From an uncultured virus (IMG/VR IMGVR_UViG_3300006467_000431) (Duplodnaviria; Heunggongvirae; Uroviricota; Caudoviricetes), in the IMG/VR virus record IMGVR_UViG_3300006467_000431: 64,000 nucleotides of DNA, one strand, 5' to 3'. The translations under genes were made by a program, and so were the position numbers. The notes below the pieces were generated by a model. It worked only from the letters and a program-made list of their open reading frames with translations, searched no databases and was not told the DNA's origin. Shown here in pieces: positions 36,929 to 46,090 of the stretch. Within the stretch, counting starts at the first letter, position 1. Each line of letters begins with the position of its first letter.

Positions 36929-37828
36929 ATGACGCAACAGCGTAGGCCACGTCGCAAGCCCGCTCGAGGCCAGCGTCCGACTCGAACGGCCGCTCGTACG
37001 GCAGTGGCACGCCAGCCACAGTTCCCTGACGCGCTGCCCCGTATCTTCTATTGGTACGACGACTACGATCCGGCCCAGTACATGGGCATGGTGACCAAGA
37101 TGCAGCAGTCGCCCAATCCCCAGCATCGGGCGATGGCGGAGTCGGCGGCAGCCCTCGTGGCGCACATGCAGCAGGGACGTGTCCAGGTCGAGTACGAGGA
37201 GCCGGCATACTGCCGGATCTGTGGTGAGAAGCTCGGCAACTCTGACCTGACGAACACCTTCGCCTGCTGGCCTCAGAGCAGCGAGCACTACATCACGGCT
37301 CACGGGGTCTGGACGCCCCAGCACAGCTGGCTCGCCTCGGTGGCGCTCGGGCGCATCGATCCGCGTGCCAAGCCGCCGCCCCAGATGACCCGCACCTTCC
37401 AGGACTCGGGCGCGTGGAAGACGCGCATCCCCGGCCTCCAGCAGCCCGAGCCCCAGATGCGTTCCCGTGTGGGGAAGGAGGGCATTCAGCAGCCGGCCAA
37501 GTCCGACGACGGTCGCATCGCTCGGCCCGAGACCAATGCCGAGAAGGTGGGCTTCAAGATGGCTCGGGCCATGGCGAAGGTGTGGGAGGCTGGGGAGTTC
37601 GACGAACTTTTCACCTACCTGTTCACCGTGATTCCGCCGGACATGCGCTCGGACATGGTCGAGGTCATCGCAGCGGTCGATCCAGCGGTCCTTCCCCAGG
37701 TGGCAGCAGCTGCCGGAGGAGTGCCAGATCTGTCGGGCTACCGGCCGATGACCGAAGACGAGATGTGGGAGGCAGCCGCAGAAGCGGCCGCAGAATCGGC
37801 GGCGATGATGCCGCCCGAGGAGGGATGA
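36929..37828 (+). CDS. Hypothetical protein with CRIC...WP...HYITAHG domain
   Basis: GAGGAG SD; likely metal-binding motif. Confidence 0.7.
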   Translation: MTQQRRPRRKPARGQRPTRTAARTAVARQPQFPDALPRIFYWYDDYDPAQYMGMVTKMQQSPNPQHRAMAESAAALVAHMQQGRVQVEYEEPAYCRICGEKLGNSDLTNTFACWPQSSEHYITAHGVWTPQHSWLASVALGRIDPRAKPPPQMTRTFQDSGAWKTRIPGLQQPEPQMRSRVGKEGIQQPAKSDDGRIARPETNAEKVGFKMARAMAKVWEAGEFDELFTYLFTVIPPDMRSDMVEVIAAVDPAVLPQVAAAAGGVPDLSGYRPMTEDEMWEAAAEAAAESAAMMPPEEG

Positions 37829-38505
37829 TGAGGACCGAAGGCGAGAACTGGCTGTACACCTTCTTGAGCAACCCTTCGTTCGACGAGGGGGCGATCAAGT
37901 CGCTGCAGCTGTCCAAGATCGTGGGCGATGACCCCAAGAGCAACCTGGGTTCGATCATGATCGTCTCTGGCTTCCTGGGACGCATGCTCACGAGCCAGAC
38001 TCCCGAGAAGGTCGAGGACTGGGCGCATGCCTATCTGGACGGCGTTGGCAAGACCGAACAGTCCAGGTTGTCGATCTTGTGGTTTGCACTGGCGCTCTCG
38101 CAGCTTCCGGAGGCGAAGAAGCTTCTCCTCGACATGCCTGCCTTCACACCTCGTGACTCGTCCGAGCGTATGGTCGCCCTGAAGTTCTTCGATATCGACG
38201 TGCTGAAGCTCCAGATCGCCGAGGAGTGGATGCTGGACCTGCTGTGGGGCTGCTTCTGGGGCTCGGGCGACGATGCCTACCTCGAGCCCATCGCACGGTG
38301 TCTCCCCTGGGCGCTCGACGCCAGCTGCTCGGCGAAGAAGTCGAAGATCGGCAAGGCTGCGTTCTACACGCTGGGCCAGAACAGCAACCATTTCGTCCGC
38401 GTGATGACGGCGATGTCGGCGGTGTTCGAGCGCAACCCCGAGCTGTCCGACGTCATGGTCCAGATCGACGACCTCTACCACGACTACAACCCTCACACGA
38501 TGTGA
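37825..38505 (+). CDS. Hypothetical helical protein
   Basis: ATGA overlap; LDLLWGCFWGSGD motif. Confidence 0.7.
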   Translation: MMRTEGENWLYTFLSNPSFDEGAIKSLQLSKIVGDDPKSNLGSIMIVSGFLGRMLTSQTPEKVEDWAHAYLDGVGKTEQSRLSILWFALALSQLPEAKKLLLDMPAFTPRDSSERMVALKFFDIDVLKLQIAEEWMLDLLWGCFWGSGDDAYLEPIARCLPWALDASCSAKKSKIGKAAFYTLGQNSNHFVRVMTAMSAVFERNPELSDVMVQIDDLYHDYNPHTM

Positions 38506-38526
38506 GGCGCCCTGGAGGGCTACGTC

Positions 38527-39123
38527 ATGAACTTCAGCACCGATGACATGGTCGAGCTCGGGCGTCTTGCGCTCAGGTTCGCCCGCAAGAACCGCGTGAC
38601 GCTGCACGAGGATGGAACCACCCCCGAGAGCGACACGGACCACACGGTGATGCTTGGGTTCGTGGCGTGTTCGGTGGCGAGCGAGCTCGATGGGTTTCAT
38701 GCTGGTCGTGTCGCTGAACTCACCCTCGTGCACGACATCGTGGAAGCCTATGTGGGGGACACCAATAGCTTCGACATCAGCCCCGCTGCCAAGGCAGCGA
38801 AGAAACAGCGAGAGCACGACGGTATGCAGCGGATGCGCCGTGACTTCGGTGAGGACTCGTGGCTCATCCAGACGCTGCTGGCCTACGAGGCCCAGGAGGA
38901 GCCAGAGGCGCGGCTGGTTCGATTCCTCGACAAGGCGATGCCCAAGATCAACCACATGCTCAACAACTGCGCCTCCATCAAGCGGATGGGGAAGACCAAG
39001 GCTGATCTGATTCGGGCCCACAAGACCCAGCTCGGGGATCTCATCGAGGAGTACCCCGACATCTCCGAGCAGGTGGGGTTGTTGCTGACGGAGATCATGC
39101 TCCGGTCGGAAGAGGCATGGTGA
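38527..39123 (+). CDS. HD-domain phosphohydrolase (5'-deoxynucleotidase-like)
   Basis: ESDTDHT, VHDIVEAYVGD, EARLVRFLDK. Confidence 0.9.
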   Translation: MNFSTDDMVELGRLALRFARKNRVTLHEDGTTPESDTDHTVMLGFVACSVASELDGFHAGRVAELTLVHDIVEAYVGDTNSFDISPAAKAAKKQREHDGMQRMRRDFGEDSWLIQTLLAYEAQEEPEARLVRFLDKAMPKINHMLNNCASIKRMGKTKADLIRAHKTQLGDLIEEYPDISEQVGLLLTEIMLRSEEAW

Positions 39124-39643
39124 GGAACGTGGTGTGCCGTGGGTGTGGGGTTCACCTCGGCTACGTCATTCCACGCGGGCGCTACTGTGTCGTCAAGGTG
39201 GGCGACCGGTTCTTCCGCTACCGCTACGACAGCATCTCCGAGGCCAGGCAGGCTCTTCAAGATGCGCACGACATCCATGGTCTCGCTCAGCGGAACATCG
39301 GCACGTGCTGGGACCTCGAGAGGTCCTACCCTTCGAGTCGCAAGAGCGGGTCTGGTGGATGTGCACCACGGTGGCTTCGGATGCTGAATTTCTTCGCACC
39401 AGTGTGTCGGCTTCTCCGGGTGGAGGGTGGCCATGCTTGAGGGATTCGCGGCCCAGCTGAGGAAGGTGACCGAGCCGGCCGCCGCGCCGAGCATGCTCAT
39501 GGCGCCGGGCCAGTATCTGCTGGTGCTATGCCCTCGGTGGGGATGGCCGCCGAGCATCCGGCAGCGCTGCGTCCGGTGGACGACGCTGGCCGCTTGCCCC
39601 GACCTTGACGCGATTCTCGGTGCGGTTGAGCGCCGGGAACCTC

Positions 39644-39672
39644 TTGACACGGTCCGTGTCGTTCGATAGCCT
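39644..39672 (+). promoter_or_regulatory. Promoter with GACACG-N3-CGTGTC palindrome
   Basis: TTGACA-CGGTCCGTGTCGTTCGA(17)-TAGCCT. Confidence 0.85.
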
Positions 39673-39693
39673 CCTCGAGCAAGGAGATCTCCC

Positions 39694-40761
39694 ATGCTCG
39701 TGCTGCTTCCGCTTCTCGTGGTGCCCATCTTGGTCCTCTTCGGGATGAAGACCTGGGGCGGATCCCGCTTCACCTGGAAGGAGTTCGTCCTCCTCGAGGG
39801 GATCATGGTGATCGTGCTGCTGACTGGCTTCTTCGGTGCCCGGTGGGCGGGGATGCGGGATGTGGAGATCTGGAACGGTCACCTCACCGACAAGTCCAAC
39901 GGCACCCAGTCGTGCTGCCACTGCCGGGACGTGTGCGACAGTCGTGACAAGGATGGCCGGTGCACGAGCCGCCACGAGGAGTGCGACCACACTCGTGACT
40001 ACTGGTGGTCGTTGGACGTGTCGACGGGGGACCAGATCTACGACGGCTGCTCGGGAACCAACCGTGCTCCGTCCTGGTGGCGTGGAGCGGTCGTCGGGGA
40101 GCCGGCCGCTATTGAGCACGGCTTCACCAACTACCTGCTGGCTGACCCCGACACCGTCTTCGACGGGCGCCGCAAGGATGCGAGCTACGTCGAGCTGCCA
40201 TCCTTCCCTCGGGTGCACGGCAAGTACAAGATCCACAGCGCCATCAACCTCGACACCGCGATGTCGACGGAGGCCTGGAACAAGGCGCTGATGAAGATCA
40301 ACGACGAACTCGGACACGACAAGCAGGTCCACATCGTCGTCATCGCGACGAGGGAGGCAGATCCAGCCTTCGCCACCCACCTCGATGAAGGATGGCTTCA
40401 CGGCAAGAAGAACAACGCCATCTTCGTACTCGGGGCGCCGAGTGGGGATGTGGTCGAGTGGGCACGTCTCGTCAGCTTCTCGAACGTGCCGATGCTGGGA
40501 GTCCGAACGCGTGATGAGCTCATCGGAAAGCGGCTGTCGGACACGGGCGACATGACGGCCTCCATCGCCCAGCTCGTGCTCGAGGAGTTCCATCGCACGC
40601 CGATGGCCGACTTCGCCTACCTGGCTTCTGCAGCCACACCGCCTACCTGGATGGTCGTGCTGCTCTATATCCTGGGCCTCGGCATCGCCATCGGTGGCGG
40701 TGCGGTGATGACCCATAGAGACCCGTTCGGCGATGAACGTCGCGGTCGGTACTGGAGATGA
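39694..40761 (+). CDS. Membrane protein with Cys-rich extracytoplasmic region, partner of the LemA-like gene
   Basis: Two N-terminal TMs, DVEIWNG, Cys cluster, WLHGKKN, C-terminal TM. Confidence 0.8.
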   Translation: MLVLLPLLVVPILVLFGMKTWGGSRFTWKEFVLLEGIMVIVLLTGFFGARWAGMRDVEIWNGHLTDKSNGTQSCCHCRDVCDSRDKDGRCTSRHEECDHTRDYWWSLDVSTGDQIYDGCSGTNRAPSWWRGAVVGEPAAIEHGFTNYLLADPDTVFDGRRKDASYVELPSFPRVHGKYKIHSAINLDTAMSTEAWNKALMKINDELGHDKQVHIVVIATREADPAFATHLDEGWLHGKKNNAIFVLGAPSGDVVEWARLVSFSNVPMLGVRTRDELIGKRLSDTGDMTASIAQLVLEEFHRTPMADFAYLASAATPPTWMVVLLYILGLGIAIGGGAVMTHRDPFGDERRGRYWR

Positions 40762-41396
40762 CGATGAAGATGAGGGCTACCACTGCGGCCGCTGTTGCGG
40801 CTGGAACGTCGCTGCTGCTCTGCCTGGTGCTGGGCGCCTCGGTGCTCGGCACCTACAACAGCACGATCTCCCAGGAGGAGGGCATCACGGCGACCTACCG
40901 GGACTCGATGCTTCGCTACGACCAGTTTTGGAAGACGGTCTCTGAGGCCGCCCAGGTCCCTGAGAAGTACAAGGAGGACTTCCGCGAGGTCATGCTCGCC
41001 GAGGTCGATGCTCGCTACGAGGGCAAGGACCCGATGATGCTCTTCGTGCAGGAGAAGGGCGCGAGCCTCGATCCGGGGCTGTACCACAAGGTCCAGGACC
41101 TCATCGAGGTCGGCCGCGAGTCCTTCACGGCGAGCCAGCAGGTGCTCAATGACCGCCAGCGTCGCTACCGGACGCACTTGCGCACCTTCCCGAACAACGT
41201 CATCCTGGCACAGTTCGACCTGCCGAGCGAGCTGTGCGTCGCTGGGGTGGACTGCGGCGACTTTGACCCGCATGCGGATGTGGATGGAGACGGCAAGATC
41301 ACCGTCCTCGACTACAAGATCGTCACCTCGGCACGCACCCAGCAGGTCTTCGAGACCGGCCAGGAGAACGAGCCGATCTTCCTGTTCGGCAAGTAG
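40758..41396 (+). CDS. LemA-like protein with a dockerin/EF-hand-like insertion
   Basis: N-terminal TM then YNSTISQEE, RYRTHLRTFPNNVILA; DVDGDGKITVLD. Confidence 0.65.
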   Translation: MTMKMRATTAAAVAAGTSLLLCLVLGASVLGTYNSTISQEEGITATYRDSMLRYDQFWKTVSEAAQVPEKYKEDFREVMLAEVDARYEGKDPMMLFVQEKGASLDPGLYHKVQDLIEVGRESFTASQQVLNDRQRRYRTHLRTFPNNVILAQFDLPSELCVAGVDCGDFDPHADVDGDGKITVLDYKIVTSARTQQVFETGQENEPIFLFGK

Positions 41397-41399
41397 GCG

Positions 41400-42002
41400 A
41401 TGAAGCGCAACTACTGGGTCCGTGCCACGGTCGAGCTCGTCAGGGGCTACCACGGGGTCCTCACCTCCGAGCTCGTCTCGGGGTGTGAGGGGGTGGTCCT
41501 TCGCCTCCGAGAGGAGGAGGCGACCGTGGATGTGGCCTGGATTGGAACGAAGAGCGGGAAGGGCGATGAGATCGAGCACCGGGTTCCTCTCGACACCCTG
41601 GTCTTCGACACCCAGCTGTCGGCCGTGGCAGACCACCTGGCTCGGAAGGTCGCCTCGAGGGAGTTGGGTCGACACGGCCGGGTGAGTGGAGGGATGCACG
41701 AGATGTGCTCCACGGATTCTGCGCGGGTCGTGTGCCTTCCTCATCGCCATGGGGGTGCAGCGGTTCGGCTGGACTTCTGGTGCAAGGGCTGTGGCGACGA
41801 GAGCTACGATGCTGTGGCCTTTCAACACCAAGAGCACCTTCTGGACTATGTCGATGGGCAGTACGTTGGCTCGGACCCGATCTCGAAGCTTGACCATCGC
41901 TCGACGTCGCGCCTCCCCGACGGGGCGCGTCGGGTTGACCGGCGCGGGCTCACCCTCCTCGTGAGGGCGATGTTCGACGCTCAGATTTTGGAGCCAACAT
42001 GA
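41400..42002 (+). CDS. Hypothetical protein
   Basis: Operonic, ATGA overlap downstream. Confidence 0.6.
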   Translation: MKRNYWVRATVELVRGYHGVLTSELVSGCEGVVLRLREEEATVDVAWIGTKSGKGDEIEHRVPLDTLVFDTQLSAVADHLARKVASRELGRHGRVSGGMHEMCSTDSARVVCLPHRHGGAAVRLDFWCKGCGDESYDAVAFQHQEHLLDYVDGQYVGSDPISKLDHRSTSRLPDGARRVDRRGLTLLVRAMFDAQILEPT

Positions 42003-42853
42003 AGGGTGACTTCCATCTCGTCGAGCTCTGTTGCGGCTCCGCTGCTCTCACCCTGCACCTGCTGGGGGCCAAGCGCCAGATCGTGCCCTACCAGGGCAGC
42101 AAGTGGGACTTCCGCACCGACCTCGAGGGGCTGCTGCATCGGATGGGGCACCGTCAGCTGAAGCAGATCAGCCTCAACGACATCGGTCCCTGGGGTCGGA
42201 CCTGGCAGGCTCTGTCCTATCCGATGGGCCTGGCCATCACGAAGGCAAAGCTTGAGGTCTACGCCGAGCGGGATCCTCGGGAGCTCTACGACGAGCTGCA
42301 GGGAGCTCCGATCGAAGGGAGTGGTGCGGCCGAGCACCTGTTCTTGCAGCGTCTGGCCTTCAGCGGCAAGGCCGTGGGAACGGTGGCCGTCGAGGGAGAC
42401 AAGCGCTGGAAGTCTCCGGGTTTCAACAAGACGAGCGCGTACGGAAGGGAAGGAACGGCCAAGTTCGGTAGGGTCAAGCCGATGATTCCATCGCTCATCG
42501 GGGTGCTGGGCCAGATGCAGGAGCTGGGGTGGCCATCCACTCGGGTCTCCCAGCTGAGCGCCGAGGAGGTTCTCTTTCCTCGAGGGCGCCTGCCGGTCGT
42601 CGCCTACATCGACCCTCCCTATGTCGACACGACGACCTACCCGAACGGAGACCTGGACCGGGCAGCGGTTGTCGAGCTCGCGCTGCGGTGGGCCGATGCG
42701 GGGGCGACGGTGATCGTGAGCGAGCGAGAGCCCATCACCGAGTTGCACGACCATGGCTTCGCCTCGTGGATGATGCGGGTGCCATCAGATGACGGCAAGC
42801 CTTTCCAGAGCAAGGACGCCGAGGTGGTCACCTACCGAACGGCGACGAGCTGA
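41999..42853 (+). CDS. Alpha-class (Dam-like) DNA adenine methyltransferase
   Basis: N-terminal LVELCCGSAA (motif I), later YIDPPY (motif IV), VIVSE. Confidence 0.8.
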   Translation: MKGDFHLVELCCGSAALTLHLLGAKRQIVPYQGSKWDFRTDLEGLLHRMGHRQLKQISLNDIGPWGRTWQALSYPMGLAITKAKLEVYAERDPRELYDELQGAPIEGSGAAEHLFLQRLAFSGKAVGTVAVEGDKRWKSPGFNKTSAYGREGTAKFGRVKPMIPSLIGVLGQMQELGWPSTRVSQLSAEEVLFPRGRLPVVAYIDPPYVDTTTYPNGDLDRAAVVELALRWADAGATVIVSEREPITELHDHGFASWMMRVPSDDGKPFQSKDAEVVTYRTATS

Positions 42854-43552
42854 ATGGCGCTTCATCGGCAACTTCCGGACGGAATCTTCCGAGTCCGTCT
42901 CACGTGCCCCTACTGCAAAGAGACCGTGCGCATCGAGACGACACGCACAGGTCTGGTAGGGACCCACATCTGCCCTTCCTGCGGGCGACGGTTCCTGGTG
43001 AGCCGAGATCTCGAGCCATGGAAGATGCATACGGCCATCTTGGTGTCTTCTATAAACTACATTGCAATGCCTTTTTTAAGGATTGACCAGTTCGTCTTTC
43101 AGTGGCTGAACCGAGTGTCTACGTGGTTGCAGAAGGAGCTGGATGTTTCTCGGTATGCACTGGTTCTCGGGGCATATGCTGCGGCGTTGGTGGCAGCTCT
43201 CATCATCGCCTGGTTCTTCCCGGGCGACCGCGTGCTTCTGCCACTCCTCCTTCTCTCGGAAGGAAGGACAGCAACCTGGTGCTGGGGGAAGCTGGCAGAG
43301 GACGAGGACCGTCCATGCGATGCGGTGTCTCTCGAAGACAAGGGTGTGGTCGACAACACCCTGGTTCGTCGATTGTTGTGGACAGTTCTGATCTTGGGAG
43401 TCTTCACGCCCAATGCCGTGGTTCATGGAGACCCCTGGGTTCTGGTCATCCTCTTCGTGAACATCGGTAACTACTGGGTGGGCTCGGACCACGTCCCTCC
43501 GAGGCTGCGCCGAAGGTCTCGGATGGGCTGGCACTCGGCATTCGGCACGTAG
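42854..43552 (+). CDS. Zinc-ribbon plus multi-TM membrane protein
   Basis: CPYC/CPSC then hydrophobic helices. Confidence 0.6.
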   Translation: MALHRQLPDGIFRVRLTCPYCKETVRIETTRTGLVGTHICPSCGRRFLVSRDLEPWKMHTAILVSSINYIAMPFLRIDQFVFQWLNRVSTWLQKELDVSRYALVLGAYAAALVAALIIAWFFPGDRVLLPLLLLSEGRTATWCWGKLAEDEDRPCDAVSLEDKGVVDNTLVRRLLWTVLILGVFTPNAVVHGDPWVLVILFVNIGNYWVGSDHVPPRLRRRSRMGWHSAFGT

Positions 43553-43560
43553 GAGGCGTC

Positions 43561-43764
43561 ATGAAGGCAGAGAGCATCCAGGCCGGCAAGACCTATCGGG
43601 GCAGCAGGGGAGGTCCTCGCTATGTCGAGCTCGTCAGCACGGCGGCTCCCAACGACATGGTCTTCTGGCGGTCCGCTGGGCGCGGCAAGAAGATCTCCGT
43701 CGTCACGGGAAGCTGCAGCCTCAAGACCTTCGCCCGGTGGGCGACGGAGGAAGTCAAGCCATGA
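43561..43764 (+). CDS. Small beta-domain protein (CSLxTFARWA family)
   Basis: AGGAGG SD; paralog adjacent. Confidence 0.75.
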   Translation: MKAESIQAGKTYRGSRGGPRYVELVSTAAPNDMVFWRSAGRGKKISVVTGSCSLKTFARWATEEVKP

Positions 43765-43973
43765 AGCAGGCATCTATCGATAGAGGGAAGCTCTACCAGG
43801 GCCGTGACGGTTCGCTTCGTCGTGTCATAGGCATTGAGCGACTCTTTGGGGCGGGGGAGGCCACGGTCACCTGGTCTCGTGCTCGAGAGGGTAGCGGAAT
43901 GCGCCCCAGGAACGGTATTTGTTCTCTTCGAACCTTCGCTCGATGGGCTTGCGTCGAGATCCAGACGGAATGA
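43761..43973 (+). CDS. Small beta-domain protein (CSLxTFARWA family)
   Basis: ATGA overlap; paralog of the preceding gene. Confidence 0.75.
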   Translation: MKQASIDRGKLYQGRDGSLRRVIGIERLFGAGEATVTWSRAREGSGMRPRNGICSLRTFARWACVEIQTE

Positions 43974-43998
43974 TATGGCATGAAAGCATCTTTGGTGC

Positions 43999-44027
43999 TT
44001 GACACACTCCGTGTCACGACATAGACT
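43999..44027 (+). promoter_or_regulatory. Promoter with palindromic operator variant
   Basis: TTGACA-CACTCCGTGTCACGACA(17)-TAGACT. Confidence 0.85.
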
Positions 44028-44057
44028 GTCTCCAGCAGCACACACTGGAGGTTCGAC

Positions 44058-45005
44058 ATGCGTGTAGCTGACCTTTTCGCAGGATGGGGCGGGGCTTCTC
44101 TCGGGGCCGAGCAGGCGGGGGCCGAGGTCGTTCTCGCGGCCAATCACTGGCCTCTGGCGGTGGACGCGCATGCGATGAACCACCCGAACGTCCGGCACCT
44201 GTGCCAGGACCTGAACCAGGCGAACTTCCACGCCTTCCCGGATCATGACGTTCTCTGGGCATCTCCGAGCTGTCAGGGGAACTCAAGGGCTGCCCAGCCG
44301 GTCCGGAAGCTCAAGGGTGATATCCAGAGCAAGCATGACCAGCTCAGGAACACGGCCTGGGCGGTCGTCAACTGCGTCGAGGCGAAGCGTCCTCAGGCGG
44401 TGTTGATCGAGAACACCATCGACTTTCGCAAGTGGGTGCTCTACGACCTGTGGATCAGCGCCCTGGAGCGTCTCGGCTATGCGGTCGAGCAGCACCTGGC
44501 GATGGCGACGGGCTTCGGGGTCCCCCAGCTCAGGGAGCGCCTCATCATCGTGGCGACCCGGAGCAACGCACCTCTGGGGCTGGTGATGCCGACGGGTCCT
44601 GAGATCCCCTTTGGCCCCTGCATTGACTGGAACAACGAGCACGTCGACCCGCGCGAGCGTGGCTGGAAGCCGATCGCCAGCAAGCCGATCAAGGTCCGCC
44701 AGCGGGTGGCGAAGGCTCGGGCGATGGGTCACGGCGAGCGTTTCCTGACGCAGTACACCTCGGACCACTCGGGGATCGGCCTGGATCAATCCATCCGCAC
44801 CATCACGACGAAGTCGCAGTGGGCGCTGGTGGATAGGGACCAGATCCGCATGCTGCGCGTGCGGGAGATTGCTCGGGCCATGGGCTTTCCCGAGACCTAC
44901 AGCTGGCCCAAGGCGCGCAAGGAGGACCAGATCAAGGGCCTCGGCAACGCGGTGGCGCCCCCGATGGCGAGGTGGCTCGTCGAGCGCGTGATGGAGGCGG
45001 CGTGA
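44058..45005 (+). CDS. C5 cytosine DNA methyltransferase
   Basis: DLFAGWGG, ASPSCQG, IEN, GVPQLRERL, ARAMGFP, LGNAVAP. Confidence 0.95.
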   Translation: MRVADLFAGWGGASLGAEQAGAEVVLAANHWPLAVDAHAMNHPNVRHLCQDLNQANFHAFPDHDVLWASPSCQGNSRAAQPVRKLKGDIQSKHDQLRNTAWAVVNCVEAKRPQAVLIENTIDFRKWVLYDLWISALERLGYAVEQHLAMATGFGVPQLRERLIIVATRSNAPLGLVMPTGPEIPFGPCIDWNNEHVDPRERGWKPIASKPIKVRQRVAKARAMGHGERFLTQYTSDHSGIGLDQSIRTITTKSQWALVDRDQIRMLRVREIARAMGFPETYSWPKARKEDQIKGLGNAVAPPMARWLVERVMEAA

Positions 45006-45300
45006 GCTCCTTTCCCGTCCACTTCGAGACCCCAACGGGCGGCCTGCACATCCGCTCGATGGACCAGCTCCGCCAGGCCGTCCGCAAGCACACCCGGCTG
45101 TCCACGGGCTTCGTCCAGGAGGCCGATGCGGATGTCCTGGTGCAGATCTTGTCCCGGGCTCTCTCGAGGCTTCCTCCCAGCGGAGTGGCTCCTGAGCCCA
45201 CAGGACGGCCTCGCACGGACCTGTCAGGCGCTGCGCCGGAACCCAAGTAGCTCGAACCATAGACTCATCCAGGCGGCGTCTGGAGACGGTGGAGAACATC

Positions 45301-46038
45301 ATGAGTGAGACCCCAACGAAGATCTACGACTTCATCGAGCCTGGCTATGCCAGCACCGCTCCGTGGAGCGGTCGCGAGGCAGGAACGCCGGTGCGTGTCC
45401 TGGTGATCGCAGAAAACGAAGAGCTGGCCAGGGAGCTCCTGGAGAAGGAGGTCGTTGCGGGGCTCGAGTGGGAGACGAACGAGGAGCCGAGGCCGTGCAT
45501 CGATAAGGAGTCGCGCATCTTGCACGTTTCGGAGGCGGTGTCCTGTCCGGAGCCGATGACCCCGAACCAGCTCTACGAGGTGCCCGGCATTCCTCGCTAC
45601 GACCCGATCGAAGAAGATCATATCGCCGACTCCAGGGATCTGTCGGGGTGCATGTGCACGTTCTTCGAGGACACGAACGTGGACTTCAACGACATCCCTG
45701 AAGACGCCAACACCCGGGTGACCACTCGAACCATCCTCGACCCCTACATCGACGGCCACCGCATCTTCAAGATGGCGACGGTCTGGCTCGACGGCTGCCC
45801 CATCGGGGTGGTCCAGAGGGCAGGACGTGGTGGGCGAGATGCACAGGGGGTCTTCGTCACGGACGCAGAGCGCTACGTCGAGGCAGCCACGTACTTGATG
45901 AGCCTCCAGGTTCCGGGAGTGAACACGCCTCGAGAGGTTCACGATCCAGCTGTGCCTCTGCGCAGCCTCAACCACTTCTACGGGCACTTCATCTTCCCGT
46001 CGAATCTGGGCCCAGAAGGAGCAGAGGAAGAAGGCTGA
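45301..46038 (+). CDS. Hypothetical protein
   Basis: GGAG SD, strong codon bias. Confidence 0.7.
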   Translation: MSETPTKIYDFIEPGYASTAPWSGREAGTPVRVLVIAENEELARELLEKEVVAGLEWETNEEPRPCIDKESRILHVSEAVSCPEPMTPNQLYEVPGIPRYDPIEEDHIADSRDLSGCMCTFFEDTNVDFNDIPEDANTRVTTRTILDPYIDGHRIFKMATVWLDGCPIGVVQRAGRGGRDAQGVFVTDAERYVEAATYLMSLQVPGVNTPREVHDPAVPLRSLNHFYGHFIFPSNLGPEGAEEEG

Positions 46039-46090
46039 ACCAGCCACACCTCCGACCATCTCTGTCCGTCCACCTCACCTGGAGCATCCT

